A stretch of 64,000 nucleotides of DNA from Candidatus Latescibacterota bacterium (GTDB lineage Bacteria; Latescibacterota; UBA2968; UBA8231), in the NCBI GenBank assembly GCA_965248265.1, contig CBDFJF010000002.1:1760001-1824000 (forward strand), in the 5' to 3' direction. Numbering within the stretch: the first letter of the stretch is position 1; every line of letters begins with the position of its first letter. The position numbers and the translations under genes were made by a program. The notes below the pieces were generated by a model. It saw only the letters and a list, made by a program, of their open reading frames with translations. It was not told where the DNA came from and did not search any database. Below, one piece after another: positions 1 to 11,202 of the stretch.

Positions 1-144
1 GGAAGCACAGAGTTGGGGCCGGATAAAAAGCGTGTTCAGGCGGTAGGAACTATTTATGCTCGGATCCTCACTTTCATCTTGCAAGTCGAGCACCGTGAGG
101 TAAGTTGTGTGCTCCCAGGACACACTCCCTTGAAGGAATTCGCC

Positions 145-480
145 ATGGCTCAGTCCAGCCCCTCAGCACCGACAAGTTTGTGGTGGGCGCCAGAGACACC
201 TATCCAATACTCCACAGTGAATGACCTGAGAATTCGCTACATCAAGACCGGGCAGGGGCCGAACCTAGTGCTGTTGCACACCCTTAGGACGCAACTGGAT
301 ATCTTCCACAAGGTCATTCCCCTGTTGAGCGACTCGTTACCATTCACGCGCTTGACTATCCAGGACACGGCTACTCCGACATTCCCCGCACGGACTACAC
401 GTCACAGTTCTTCGCCGAATCGGTGGAAGCATTCCTGGAGGATAGAATGATCACAGACGCCAAGGTAGCCGGTGTTTCCG
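145..480 (+). pseudogene. Alpha/beta-hydrolase, frameshifted near 338 and truncated
   Basis: GQGPNLVLLH then, in another frame, TIHALDYPGHGYSD...VAGVS; homology stops at the nucleophile elbow. Confidence 0.8.
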
Positions 481-505
481 CCGACGAAAAGAGGAGTACA
501 GATCA

Positions 506-1276
506 ATGCTGATGACGAACATTCTGACCCTCCAGGTCCAACCTCGGCAGGGACAGGCCTTCCCGGTCGAGGTGGAGGTGCGACGGATCGGCTGTTCGCG
601 CCACGCGGCGCGGGACGTAGAGGGAATGAAAGCCAGCATCGCAGAAACCCGCTCGAAAGGTTACGCGATGCATCCGCACGCAGGTGTCTGCTTTCGCAGT
701 CGTTATCTGCTCACCAATGAAGCCCGCATCGAGGTGCAGGGAGCGCAGACCTCGGGAGAGGTGGAATTCGTCGCCTTACGTCACGGCGGCGAGATCTACA
801 TATCCGTTGGCAGTGACCATAACGACCGCAGTCTCGGGGATATGACTACGACCATGTTGGGTAAGGTCTACGATACCGCCAAGATGAAGCAACTGGCACC
901 TGCGGTCGTCGCCTCCAAGGCCTGGTTGTACGACGAAGTCAAAGATCACTGGGACGACATCGTTCTGCGCAGCTACCTAACGGTGGACGGCAAACGGACG
1001 ATGCTCCAGGAATTCCCGTTGAGCAATCTGCTGGATCTGAATTTCTACATGGACAAATGCCCATGGTTTGAGGAGGAGGGGAGTGTACTGTTCGGCGGAT
1101 CGAGTTCACTGGCACCCGGTGTGCCGGGCCACGTCTACCAGGGTCAGGAAACCATGGATGGGGTTTACTTCGCGCCGGACTTCCATTGCGAAATGGTGGA
1201 CCCGGTCCTGGATCGGACTCTGACCCACTCATATGAGGTTCTGGCGCTGGAGGGACCTGGATCCCTAGGTCTGTAG
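506..1276 (+). CDS. DUF2848-family (FAH-like) protein
   Basis: TSGEVEFV...SVGSDHNDR motif; AGGAG SD upstream. Confidence 0.75.
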   Translation: MLMTNILTLQVQPRQGQAFPVEVEVRRIGCSRHAARDVEGMKASIAETRSKGYAMHPHAGVCFRSRYLLTNEARIEVQGAQTSGEVEFVALRHGGEIYISVGSDHNDRSLGDMTTTMLGKVYDTAKMKQLAPAVVASKAWLYDEVKDHWDDIVLRSYLTVDGKRTMLQEFPLSNLLDLNFYMDKCPWFEEEGSVLFGGSSSLAPGVPGHVYQGQETMDGVYFAPDFHCEMVDPVLDRTLTHSYEVLALEGPGSLGL

Positions 1277-1482
1277 GGAGATGCACGCAGCGTTTCGAAC
1301 TCGTGCTGGGGATGGGGGGCCGTGCCGGGGCGCCGGTTGACATCTGAGCATTAGCCGCACACCACTTGACCGGGACTCCCGATAACCCGTTTTATAACCA
1401 CTACACATTGCGCTACATAATGTATGAAGGTATCCAATTGTCGGGGAGGAACAAGATTCAGGTTGAGAGAGTGAGACAAGCG

Positions 1483-4130
1483 ATGAAATGGACATTGGCA
1501 GTGGTAGCATTGTTGATAGTGGGGCGGGCGTGGGCAGAGGGTACGGCGCTTTCACCTACGGCACACCGGACGGTTCCGACGGACCGTCCGAGCGAGAATA
1601 TCGCCCTCGGGGTGAGCTACACTATGGAGCCGAGGCCGAATTACAGGCTTTGCACTGACCCTGGTGATTCCGAGCAACTGACGGATGGGGTCTACACGGA
1701 GGGCTATTTCTGGGCGCAGCTATCGACCGTGGGTTACTCGGAAAAGACACCTTCGATGGTGACCCTGGACCTGGGTGAGGTGAAACCGATACGAGGGGTG
1801 TCCTACCACACGGCGGGGGGGTTTGCGAGCGTGAGGTGGCCGTTGATGATTCGCATCCTCGTGGCAGGTGCGGATAAGGAGTTTCATGAGATTGGTGACT
1901 TGATACAATTGAGCGAGGAACAGCACGGCCCGCTCGCGCCGCTGAAGGCGACCGATGCCATGTGGGCCTTGGACGGCATGAGTTTCAATCAGGCCGAGAT
2001 TTATCATCACTACAACCTGAACCGGGATCGCTACCCGGACGAGATGACCCCCGAGCTGCGTCAGCAGATCCTGAGCGATCTCTACGAGGAACGCGCTGCG
2101 ACCTATGGGACGTATCGCTACTGGACGGACCAGTTGCGGACTCACGGGCGCTATGTCAGCCTGGTTGTGTGGAACGAGCCGTACACCTTCGTGGACGAGA
2201 TCGAGGTCTACGCGGGAGAGCCGGAGTGGGTGGATGAGCCGCTGCCGGGACCGTCCGTCGCGGACGTGAGCACCTATGCACGCCAGCTCGCTATCCAGAA
2301 GGGGATCCGGACCCGCTTGGTGCGGGACATCGAGGCCCTGCGGCAGACGGCCACGGAGGAGGGTATCCCGGTTCAGACACGAATTGATGTGCTGGGCGAG
2401 CTGACATCCGTAGAAGGGAATTTGGGGCAGGCCAGTGCGGCGTTCGGGGATGACTTCGAAGCCGTGCTGCCGCTGAATGCGTGGCACGAACGGGTGCTGC
2501 GCACGCAGGCGTGGCTCTGGCGCGCCAGGGGTATGGAGCCACTCACGTTCTGGCGCTCGAATCTGTGGGATCCGCTTCCCCTCATCGGCACGCCGGACAC
2601 AGCGGCGGAACTGGCCGTCGACGTGCATCTGATGCGGAAGGAACACCGCGCTGCTGCGTTCAATGTGAGCAACAGCAGCGACGAGGCGATGCAGGTGACA
2701 TTCCGGCTGAGCGGGCTGCCCGAAGGCGAGAATCCAGAGTATGTGACCGTTCACGAGGTGGCGTGGACGGACACTCGGTCCGGGACACCGGTGGCGGCGG
2801 CCCTGCCCGAAGTTGCTGCAGAGACCGGTCTGTACACGGTCTCCGTGCCCTCTGGGATGACGCGGCAGGTATGGCTGACCTTCCATCCGGTGGACGTGGA
2901 GCCGGGCACCTATGAGGGCGAGGTCGTCGTGGAGTCTGTGCCCGGGGGCAGGCGGTTTCCGTTGCGCATGCACCTGTATCCCCTGGATTTCCCGGAGCAA
3001 CAGACGCTCCACTTTGGCGGATGGGACTACACGGACCGGATCGGTTCCAGCTCCCGCTTGATAACAGAGCAAAACCGGTTGCCGTTCATCGAGCACGTGC
3101 GCGAACACCTCGTCGACTCGCCGTGGGCCACAAAACTGGCGCTGCCACGCGGCACCCACGATGAGACCGGGGCGATGACGGCGCCACCCGCCACCGGCCA
3201 CTTCGACGCGTGGATCGATCTGTGGCCGGATGCCGCCCAGTACATGGTGTTCGCCAAGGTGGGCAGCAAATTCGAGTCGTGGCAAATGGGTACACCTGAA
3301 TTCAATACCGCAGTCAAGGCGTGGGTGACCTTCTGGGCGCAGTACATGAAGTCAAAGGGATTGCAGCCGGAGCAGTTCGCGCTGCTGCTGGTGGATGAGC
3401 CCGACGAGCCGCATCAGGACGAGCGCATTCTGGCGTGGGCGAAGCCGATCCGCGAAGCGGACACCGGAGTCCGCATCTGGGAGGATGTGAACCATCACAA
3501 TATGGACGACGCGAATCAGGACATGATCGACGCGTGCCACGTGTTGAGCCCGAACTATCATGCCTTCCTGAGACGGGGCGAAGACTATCGCAACTACTTC
3601 TTGAGAAAGCGTGATCAAGGGATAGCGCTCGAATTCTACACGGCGTGGACGGGTCGGGTTTTTGATCCGTACGGGGGCCGGATCATGGCCTGGACGAGCT
3701 GGCGCTACGGGGCGGAGGCCATTTACATGTGGTCGCTGAGCGACACCGCGGGCGCTTCATCGTGGAACGAGTACCTGGCCTTGAAGAGCACCTATGCGCC
3801 ATTGTTCATCGACAGGGACTCGATCACGGCTGGCAAGCACCTCGAGGCAGCACGGGAAGGGATCGAGGACTACGAGTACTTCGCCATGTTGACCGGGCGA
3901 TCCAACAGGCGTCTGCTCAGGGAATGACAGGTCCGGCGGTGGAAGAGGCCCGTCAGCTGTTGGCGAGCCTGCCGGCCAGGGTCTGTGATGCGGCGGGCCA
4001 CACGGATCAGCTGGACGAAGACCACCCGTTGGGCGGCCTTCACTGGCTGAACGAGAACGTCGACCGCACTCTGGCGGACGAGGCGCGAATTCAGGTGTTG
4101 GCGGCGTTGACGAAGCTGGCGCTGCACTGA
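1483..4130 (+). CDS. Secreted protein with a discoidin-like N-terminus and a GH123/DUF4091-like C-terminus; 1-nt frameshift near 3890
   Basis: Signal peptide MKWTLAVVALLIVGRAWA; LTDG...LDLG; LVDEP and REGIEDYEY motifs; the tail continues in the 3729..4130 frame (DRAIQQA...KLALH). Confidence 0.65.
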
Positions 4131-4201
4131 TCAGGCGCTTCACCTTGGTTGACCTATGTTCGACCGGGCGGATGGCCGACTGACTCCCGCTACTCTCACC
4201 T

Positions 4202-4798
4202 TCACTCGGGCCTTTGTATATGAAAAACATGATCGACGACGGTGTAGCCGTCCGCACGGCCCATCCTCGCGATCGGCCGATAGGCAACCCAGTCGACCAT
4301 ACCATCCACGATATATCGGTCATCGATGTGGTAACCCAACACCTCTCCGATCACCATCGTATTGTGATCTCCTGCGAGTGTCACAATCTGACTTAGACGG
4401 CACTCCAATCTGATGGGAGATATCTCGATGCCCGGTGGCGCAACCAGTGTCGATGCCACTTTTTTGAGCCCCGCCAACTCCATCTCATCGACTTCGCGAT
4501 CGACCGTCGCACTCGTCGCGTTCATCGACTCCCTGCTCTCGTAGGTCGGGAAATTGACGACGAACTCGCCCGTCCCTCGAACATTCGCCACTGAGTCGGC
4601 CTCCCTGCAGTTCTTCAATCCGGTGGCGGCGAAGAACAGCTGGGCCGGCTTGTAGGCCACTGCTCCGGAGAAGCTGTAGGGTGCTGCATTGGCGATCCCG
4701 CGCTCGTCCTGCGACGTAATCCAGAAAATGGACCTGGGAACATCGCAGCTGTTGATCAACCCATGTGGGAGATCGGTCTGGTCTGATCTGTAGAACAT
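4202..4798 (-). CDS. Flavin reductase family protein (DIM6/NTAB-like)
   Basis: VPRSIFWITS...NAAPYS, DSVANVRGTGEFVVN, SPIRLEC, PIARMG. Confidence 0.9.
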   Translation of the reverse strand: MFYRSDQTDLPHGLINSCDVPRSIFWITSQDERGIANAAPYSFSGAVAYKPAQLFFAATGLKNCREADSVANVRGTGEFVVNFPTYESRESMNATSATVDREVDEMELAGLKKVASTLVAPPGIEISPIRLECRLSQIVTLAGDHNTMVIGEVLGYHIDDRYIVDGMVDWVAYRPIARMGRADGYTVVDHVFHIQRPE

Positions 4799-4813
4799 AG
4801 GGACCCCGGTGTT

Positions 4814-5119
4814 CTAGTCGCTGCCGAGTTTGGTCTCGACGCTGCTGACCTTGTCCGCCATCGTCTGCTCTCTATCAGTGCGCGTGCCGAACCTGAGAGT
4901 CGCCGAGATCCTGGGAGCGCCCATGCGGTGAATCTCCTCGTGGCAACTTCTGATGGCGGCGAAGACCTCGTCCCATTCACCTTCGATGTTGGTTCCATAG
5001 GCGTGCAATTGAGGATTGAGTCCGGCGTCTTCGAGGATACGTTCGCAAGCTGCCACGTACTCCGACACCGAGACCCCAACACCCAGCGGCACGACGCAGA
5101 AGTCGGCGATCACCTTCAT
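4814..5119 (-). CDS. MTH1187/UPF0045 thiamine-binding protein
   Basis: VVPLGVGVSVSEYVA, LHAYGTNIEGEWDEV, GTRTDREQT; ATGA overlap with the upstream gene. Confidence 0.92.
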   Translation of the reverse strand: MKVIADFCVVPLGVGVSVSEYVAACERILEDAGLNPQLHAYGTNIEGEWDEVFAAIRSCHEEIHRMGAPRISATLRFGTRTDREQTMADKVSSVETKLGSD

Positions 5120-5616
5120 AGGGGTCCTCCAGCCTCTTCGATTATTCGAGCAGCCAGCGTGTCGACACCGGTGCCGTCGATTTGCACCGCATCGTCGCCT
5201 TTGCGTAAGGTGATAGATTCTCCGTCTCTGTGCTCGAGTTTGTTCAGCAAATCGCTGGCGACGTAAATCGGCGCCTGCATGCGCACGGCCAGGCACATGG
5301 CATCGCTGGGACGACAGTCGATTTGACGCACTCCGTCCGTTTGTGCGATGTAGAGGATGGCGTAGAACGTATCGTCTACTAGTCGCTCGATTCTGACCTC
5401 TCTCAAGGTGCCACCCAACTCACGCACGATGAGGGCCATCAGATCGTGAGAAAGCGGCCGCATGACGGGGATGTCTCTGAGACCGCAGATGAGAGCGTAG
5501 CCTTCGGCCGGGCCGATGGCGATCGGCACGAAGCGATCGGACTCACCATCCAGCAGGACGACCATGCAGCGGTCACCGGCAGTCTCAACGATGTCGAAGA
5601 TGGAGACCTCCTTCAT
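5116..5616 (-). CDS. Bifunctional nuclease family protein (DUF151)
   Basis: PIAIGPAEG, RPLSHDL, DCRPSDA. Confidence 0.92.
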   Translation of the reverse strand: MKEVSIFDIVETAGDRCMVVLLDGESDRFVPIAIGPAEGYALICGLRDIPVMRPLSHDLMALIVRELGGTLREVRIERLVDDTFYAILYIAQTDGVRQIDCRPSDAMCLAVRMQAPIYVASDLLNKLEHRDGESITLRKGDDAVQIDGTGVDTLAARIIEEAGGPL

Positions 5617-6623
5617 GGGGTGTCCGCTTCTCGACCCCGAGCAGGGTACTGCGGGTCGTTGTAGCCTTTACCAGTATGCTCACCACGGGGAACCAGGGCG
5701 TCGATGGCGGCCTCGTCCTCTTCGGTGATATTCGCGTCAAGCGCTCCGAGATTATCCTCGAGCTGCTCCATGATTCGCGGCCCTATGATGGTGGAGGTGA
5801 CGAACGGGTTGGCGAGGACCCAGGCCAGCGAGAACTGTGTCAGCGTGGCGCCGTGAGCCTCGGCCAGCGGCCTGATCGACGGAACGATGGCCAGGCTTTC
5901 ATCGCGATACTCGGCTTCCTGGATACGGCGGTCGCCGCGCCCGGCGCGTGAGTCATCCGGCGGTGCCTGGCCCGGTGTGTACTTGCCTGCCAGCACACCT
6001 CTGGCGAGCGGGCTGTAGGTAACGACGCCCAGCTCGTGCTTGCGGCACAACGGCAGCAATTCCAGTTCAGCATCGCGGTTGAGGATGTTGTAGAGCGGCT
6101 GCACGGCGACGTAAGGCGTGAGGCCGAGTTGCTGACTCACCCACAACGCCTCGCAGACCTGCCAGGCGTAGTGGTTGGAACAGGCGGTGTAGCGGATCTT
6201 GCCGGCGCGGACGCAATCGTCGAGTACGCCCAGCGTCTCGTCGACCGGGGTGTCGTAGTCGGGGACGTGGATGTAGTAGAGGTCGATGTAGTCGGTCCCG
6301 AGCCGAGAAAGACTCGCATCCAAAGCCTGGACGATGTGGGCACGGCTCGCGCCCTTATCGTTCGGTCCATCTCCGGTGGGCCCGCCCACCTTGGTTGCCA
6401 GAACCACCTGGTCTCGCCTGCCCTGGAGTGCGTGGCCGACGACCCGCTCGGATTCTCCCGCATTGTAGACGTTGGCCGTGTCTATGAAGTTGATGCCGGC
6501 ATCCAGGGCTCGATGGATGATGCGGATCGAGTCCTCTTCGTTTGTCGGGCCGCCGAACATCATAGCGCCGAGGCACAGCGGCGATACCTTGAGGCCGCTG
6601 CCGCCGAGATTGCGGTATTCCAT
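5613..6623 (-). CDS. Aldo/keto reductase
   Basis: VSPLCLGAM, FIDTANVY, LATK, YIDLYYIH, YSPLARG. Confidence 0.95.
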   Translation of the reverse strand: MEYRNLGGSGLKVSPLCLGAMMFGGPTNEEDSIRIIHRALDAGINFIDTANVYNAGESERVVGHALQGRRDQVVLATKVGGPTGDGPNDKGASRAHIVQALDASLSRLGTDYIDLYYIHVPDYDTPVDETLGVLDDCVRAGKIRYTACSNHYAWQVCEALWVSQQLGLTPYVAVQPLYNILNRDAELELLPLCRKHELGVVTYSPLARGVLAGKYTPGQAPPDDSRAGRGDRRIQEAEYRDESLAIVPSIRPLAEAHGATLTQFSLAWVLANPFVTSTIIGPRIMEQLEDNLGALDANITEEDEAAIDALVPRGEHTGKGYNDPQYPARGREADTP

Positions 6624-6878
6624 TCTGTCTACTGTATCCGTTTAAGATTGGTTGGGTCCAGGCACTCGTGGGCAGTCGTCGCCAACCCGGGGAAGATACC
6701 GTCAGTGTCGCCGGCGGTCTATTGGCGAACCCAGACTTCCCGGTCAAATCCTTCGGCCTCTGCTGCGTGTGTCGCCGGATGCACCTACCCATATTTCCGG
6801 CGTCATGTATATTTAGGTCCTCAAGAATGACCACGCGGTTCAGACAGCCAATCCAAAATTCGACTGCTATAAGGGACA

Positions 6879-7946
6879 ATGATGCTCAAGATCATATTCG
6901 TGTCCGCGCTTCTGCTCTGTCTCAACCTGTCAGCGACGGCCATCGACGGAGACAACATAACGCTGAATGGTTACACGAGCTTTGAATTCGAGAAGCAGTT
7001 GGATGATGAGGGCAAAGGGTTCGGGGACCCAAATTTCTCGTTTGATGCTGACCTTTTCGACCTGGTCTTCAATATCCAGGTGGACGACAGGATTCGCGCC
7101 GCCACCGATATCACTTGGGAACACGGAGCTGCGTCTGAGGATGACCGCGGAAATGTGGCGCTCGAATACGGATTTGTAGAGTACACCGTCAACGATCTCG
7201 TTAAACTGCGCTTCGGCAAGATGTTCACGCCGTTCGGAATCTTCAACGAGATACACACCGCAAAGCCCGCCTTCCTGTCCGTCAAGGAGGCCGCTGGCAC
7301 CAACAAGACGGAGCGGATTGTCAAGGATGCATACAGGTTCTTCCCGAGATGGGGAACCGGCATAGGTCTTCACGGCGATGGCCTGGTCGGAGATGGCTTC
7401 GTCGACTACGACATTCTCATCGCAAACGGTGAGCAGGAGGAGACGAACCCGTTCGAGGAGGATAACAACAAAGCAAAATCAATCACCGCGAGAGTCGGGT
7501 ACGATCCATCACCGAGCATCCATTTTGGAAACTCTCTCTACTTCGACACGTTGTCTGGACCAGAGTACGACTACATAGTGAGCGAAGGAATTGAAATAGA
7601 ATACGATCGCGAGGCTCTGCGAGTCGTGGCTGAGGTCGTGCTGGGATTCAGGAAGCCGGATGCTGCCGCTGTGGTGAAACAGCTGGGCTGGTTTGTTCAG
7701 CCCTCTTACGAGATTTCCGCTGGAGTCACGCCATACCTGCGACTGGATTACGTGGACCCCAATCTCAGTTCGGGTAGTGACCACGGGATGGGAGTCGTAC
7801 TCGGACTCAATTTGGAAACGAGTGGGGGACTGATCGTAAAAGTGGAGGAGAATTATCTGAAAGGCGCGGACAACAGTGCCGGCCTCAGCATCCTGCCAGG
7901 CCGCGACTACCACGAGATCAAGGTCGCAGTCGTTCTGGGATTCTAA
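6879..7946 (+). CDS. Outer-membrane beta-barrel (porin-like)
   Basis: Signal peptide, RFGKMFTPFG, alternating strands, terminal Phe (VVLGF). Confidence 0.8.
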   Translation: MMLKIIFVSALLLCLNLSATAIDGDNITLNGYTSFEFEKQLDDEGKGFGDPNFSFDADLFDLVFNIQVDDRIRAATDITWEHGAASEDDRGNVALEYGFVEYTVNDLVKLRFGKMFTPFGIFNEIHTAKPAFLSVKEAAGTNKTERIVKDAYRFFPRWGTGIGLHGDGLVGDGFVDYDILIANGEQEETNPFEEDNNKAKSITARVGYDPSPSIHFGNSLYFDTLSGPEYDYIVSEGIEIEYDREALRVVAEVVLGFRKPDAAAVVKQLGWFVQPSYEISAGVTPYLRLDYVDPNLSSGSDHGMGVVLGLNLETSGGLIVKVEENYLKGADNSAGLSILPGRDYHEIKVAVVLGF

Positions 7947-7959
7947 GGAGAGAGAAAAC

Positions 7960-8409
7960 ATGAGACACCGAAGTTTTCTACTCCTCCTCTGCGCCGCCGT
8001 CCTCGTGCTCCCCACACGCGGGGATGCGGCGGCCCCGACAGTCTTCACGGGGAAGGTTGTCATACATGCCGAAAACGACGTACGCGCAATCAAGCGTTCA
8101 GAGTTGGCCGCCATCTTTCTCGGGAGGAAGTCCACCTGGGATTCCGGCAAGAAAATCATCCCCACACTGCAATCCGAAAAGAATCCGGTGACACGGGACT
8201 TTCTACGTGACGTCCTGGGCAAGTCCCTCAGTCAGTATCGCGCCTACTGGAAACGACGGCTGTTTTCAGGTGGCGGTACCGTACCAAAACCGATGCGGAC
8301 GTCCGCAGAGGTGATAGCATTTGTCGCCAGCCATCATGGGGCAATCGGATTCGTGGAAGAATCAACGGAAATGAACGACAAGATAGTTGCGGTAGAGATC
8401 AGCGATTAA
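7960..8409 (+). CDS. Small single-lobe periplasmic binding-like protein (PstS-related)
   Basis: Signal peptide; ELAAIFLG...W, YWKRRLFSGGG..P, VIAFVASHHGAIGFV. Confidence 0.8.
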   Translation: MRHRSFLLLLCAAVLVLPTRGDAAAPTVFTGKVVIHAENDVRAIKRSELAAIFLGRKSTWDSGKKIIPTLQSEKNPVTRDFLRDVLGKSLSQYRAYWKRRLFSGGGTVPKPMRTSAEVIAFVASHHGAIGFVEESTEMNDKIVAVEISD

Positions 8410-8412
8410 CTC

Positions 8413-11109
8413 ATGGCTCACATCTCTCTCAAGACAAAGTTCGGTTTTGTGCTGGCTGCGACTGCACTCGCTCTCGGCCTCATCATGTACATGAACTTTG
8501 AGACCTCCGACACCGTCGCTTCACAACTCGAGCAGGTAAAAGAGGAGTCTGTACCAAGGTTCGTGGAAGCCAGCGCCCTGGAAGCGAGATTCGACGCCAT
8601 GGCGAGACTCATAGAGGACGCCGTCGTCATCGGGGACCCCGCGCTTCTCGACGCAAGCGATGCACAGAAGGTGTTGTTTGTCGAGCACCTCAGGCGGCTG
8701 CTGTCGCTGGCTACCGAAACGGAACAATCAGCGCTTCTAGAGCTCGAGAGGGATCTCGATCAGTACCATACCAAGGCTGGCGAACTGGCCCAGCTGCTGC
8801 TCGCGGGCGAAGAGGAGGGCGAAGGACTCGGTTTCCTGAGTGCCGGTGAAACATCACAACTCGCGGAAACCGTCGGTGAATTGAGAGAGGATCTCGAGAC
8901 GCGACTGGACGCTTTAGCCCAAACCAGAAAGGCTGATCTGGATCTAGAACTGAAGAAGACGGAGGAGGAGGTCCGGGCTCGCGTACAAACCACCTTGCTG
9001 GTTGGCCTTTTGTTTCTTGCCGTGTTTGCAGTCGTTTTTCTGCTTCTCACCAGCAGGATCGTGTCACCGATCCGGATATTGTCGAGCGCTACTGCGGAAG
9101 TCGCCAAGGGCCATCTGGACACAGAGCTACATTTCCCTTCGACGAGTCGTGACGAGGTCGGCGATCTGGTCGAGTCCTTTCAAACAATGACGAAGAGCCT
9201 GAAAGAGACGACAGTTTCGCGCGATTATGTGGACAACATTATCAAGTCGATGGGAAATTCTCTCATCGTCCTCGATAGTGGCGCCACCATCCAAATGGTA
9301 AACCAGACGACTATCCAGCTACTCGGTCTCGAAAACGACGAGCTTGTCGGACGGCCATTTCAGGGGATTCTCGCCCCGGGTTCTACACTGGTTGAATCGG
9401 AAATCAAGCATCTGGCAGGAGACGAGATCACCGCCAATCTGGAGGAGATCTTCGTGGATAAGCGCGGCCAGCAGGTCCCGGTCTCCATCGTCGCGGCGGC
9501 ACTCAGGAGCGTCGGTAGTGACGTCGAAGGGTATGTGTGTGTTGCCCAGGATCTGACAGAGCGCAAGCAGAGAGAGGAAGAGCTGCGGCGAGCGAAGGAC
9601 TCGGCGGAGCAAGCCAATCGCGCCAAGAGTTCCTTCCTGGCAAATATGAGCCACGAACTGCGCACGCCGCTGAACGCGATCATAGGCTACAGCGAGATGC
9701 TGCAGGAAGATGCACAAGATGAAGGATTCGATGCGTTCGTGCCCGATCTGGAGAAGATAAACGGATCGGGCAAGCATCTGCTCGTTCTCATCAACGACGT
9801 TCTGGACTTGTCAAAAATCGAGGCCGGGCGAATGGAACTCTACATCGAACAGTTCAACATTCGTCCGTTGGTAGAGGATGTTGCCGCAACGGTGAGGCCG
9901 CTGGTGGAGCAGAACAAGAGCATCCTGGAACTGAAGATAGGCGAGGTGGGGCAGATGGCGACGGATCAGACGAAGCTGAGGCAGAACCTGATGAACCTGC
10001 TGTCGAACGCCGCCAAATTCACCTCCCGGGGTAGAGTCAGCGTCGAGGTCGACGCAGAGTTGGTGGCTGGAAAAACGTGGATCGTTTTCCAGGTCGCCGA
10101 TACGGGAGTCGGCATGACCCAGGAGCAGCAGGAGAAAGTCTTCGAGGCTTTCACACAGGCGGACCTATCGACGACGCGGAAATATGGGGGGACGGGACTG
10201 GGGTTGGCGATCACCCAACATTTCTGTCGGATGATGGAAGGTGAGATCCTTCTAGAGAGCGAGGCGGGAAAGGGGTCTACCTTCACGATGCGTCTGCCGG
10301 CAAAGGTCGGGCCGGTTTCAGGGGGTCTATCATCCACGGTGGAGCATAGTGAGGTGACCGTTGACGACGGTGAGGTGATACTCGTCATCGATGACGATGA
10401 GGCCGCAAGGGACATCGTCCTTCGCTACCTGACAAAAGAGGGATTCGACGCCATCACCGCGAATGGCGGACTCGAAGGTCTGGAGAAGGCGAGACAACTT
10501 CGGCCGGCGGCGATCACACTCGATGTCTCCATGCCGGATATGGATGGCTGGACCGTTCTGCAGGAGCTCAAGAAGGATGAGGACCTCGCCCAGGTTCCCG
10601 TAATACTGCTGACGATGGTCGACGATCACAGCAGAGGGTACGCGCTGGGAGCAGCGGACTACCTCGACAAACCCATAGACCGCGACCAACTGATCTCAGC
10701 GCTGCGCCGCCACGTGCCTGAAATGTCGGCTCGCATCATGGTTGTGGAAGACGATGCCAACACCAGGGCGATGATGAAACGGGTGCTGGAGAAGGAGGGC
10801 TGGCAGGTGGCTGAGGCAGAGAACGGGCGGGCGGCCATTGACAGTATCGCTCGTGAGCTTCCCGATCTGATCCTGCTGGACCTGATGATGCCGGAACTCG
10901 ACGGCTTTGACGTCGTCGAGGAACTTCAAAAGCACGCGGATTGGCGGGATATCCCCGTCGTCGTGGTAACGGCCAAGCAGTTGAGTTCGCGGGAGCGAGA
11001 ACGACTTGACGGACGTGTGGATGGCGTGCTCGAAAAAGGCTCGTACAGCCAGGCGCAGTTGCTCGAGTTCGTCAGCGGTTCGTTGAAGCGATCCGTCGTC
11101 GCCAGCTGA
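8413..11109 (+). CDS. Hybrid sensor histidine kinase (2TM-HAMP-PAS-HisKA-HATPase-REC-REC)
   Basis: FLANMSHELRTPLN, NLLSNAAKFT, DTGVGM, GGTGLGL, two receiver domains. Confidence 0.95.
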   Translation: MAHISLKTKFGFVLAATALALGLIMYMNFETSDTVASQLEQVKEESVPRFVEASALEARFDAMARLIEDAVVIGDPALLDASDAQKVLFVEHLRRLLSLATETEQSALLELERDLDQYHTKAGELAQLLLAGEEEGEGLGFLSAGETSQLAETVGELREDLETRLDALAQTRKADLDLELKKTEEEVRARVQTTLLVGLLFLAVFAVVFLLLTSRIVSPIRILSSATAEVAKGHLDTELHFPSTSRDEVGDLVESFQTMTKSLKETTVSRDYVDNIIKSMGNSLIVLDSGATIQMVNQTTIQLLGLENDELVGRPFQGILAPGSTLVESEIKHLAGDEITANLEEIFVDKRGQQVPVSIVAAALRSVGSDVEGYVCVAQDLTERKQREEELRRAKDSAEQANRAKSSFLANMSHELRTPLNAIIGYSEMLQEDAQDEGFDAFVPDLEKINGSGKHLLVLINDVLDLSKIEAGRMELYIEQFNIRPLVEDVAATVRPLVEQNKSILELKIGEVGQMATDQTKLRQNLMNLLSNAAKFTSRGRVSVEVDAELVAGKTWIVFQVADTGVGMTQEQQEKVFEAFTQADLSTTRKYGGTGLGLAITQHFCRMMEGEILLESEAGKGSTFTMRLPAKVGPVSGGLSSTVEHSEVTVDDGEVILVIDDDEAARDIVLRYLTKEGFDAITANGGLEGLEKARQLRPAAITLDVSMPDMDGWTVLQELKKDEDLAQVPVILLTMVDDHSRGYALGAADYLDKPIDRDQLISALRRHVPEMSARIMVVEDDANTRAMMKRVLEKEGWQVAEAENGRAAIDSIARELPDLILLDLMMPELDGFDVVEELQKHADWRDIPVVVVTAKQLSSRERERLDGRVDGVLEKGSYSQAQLLEFVSGSLKRSVVAS

Positions 11110-11202
11110 ATCAGCCGGCTGGGTGGGGTGCGCGCCGCCAAGGCGACTCACACCATCTAGTCGTCGCCTCTCGGTTGAAAAAGGAGCCGGCGTCGCCGGC
11201 CG

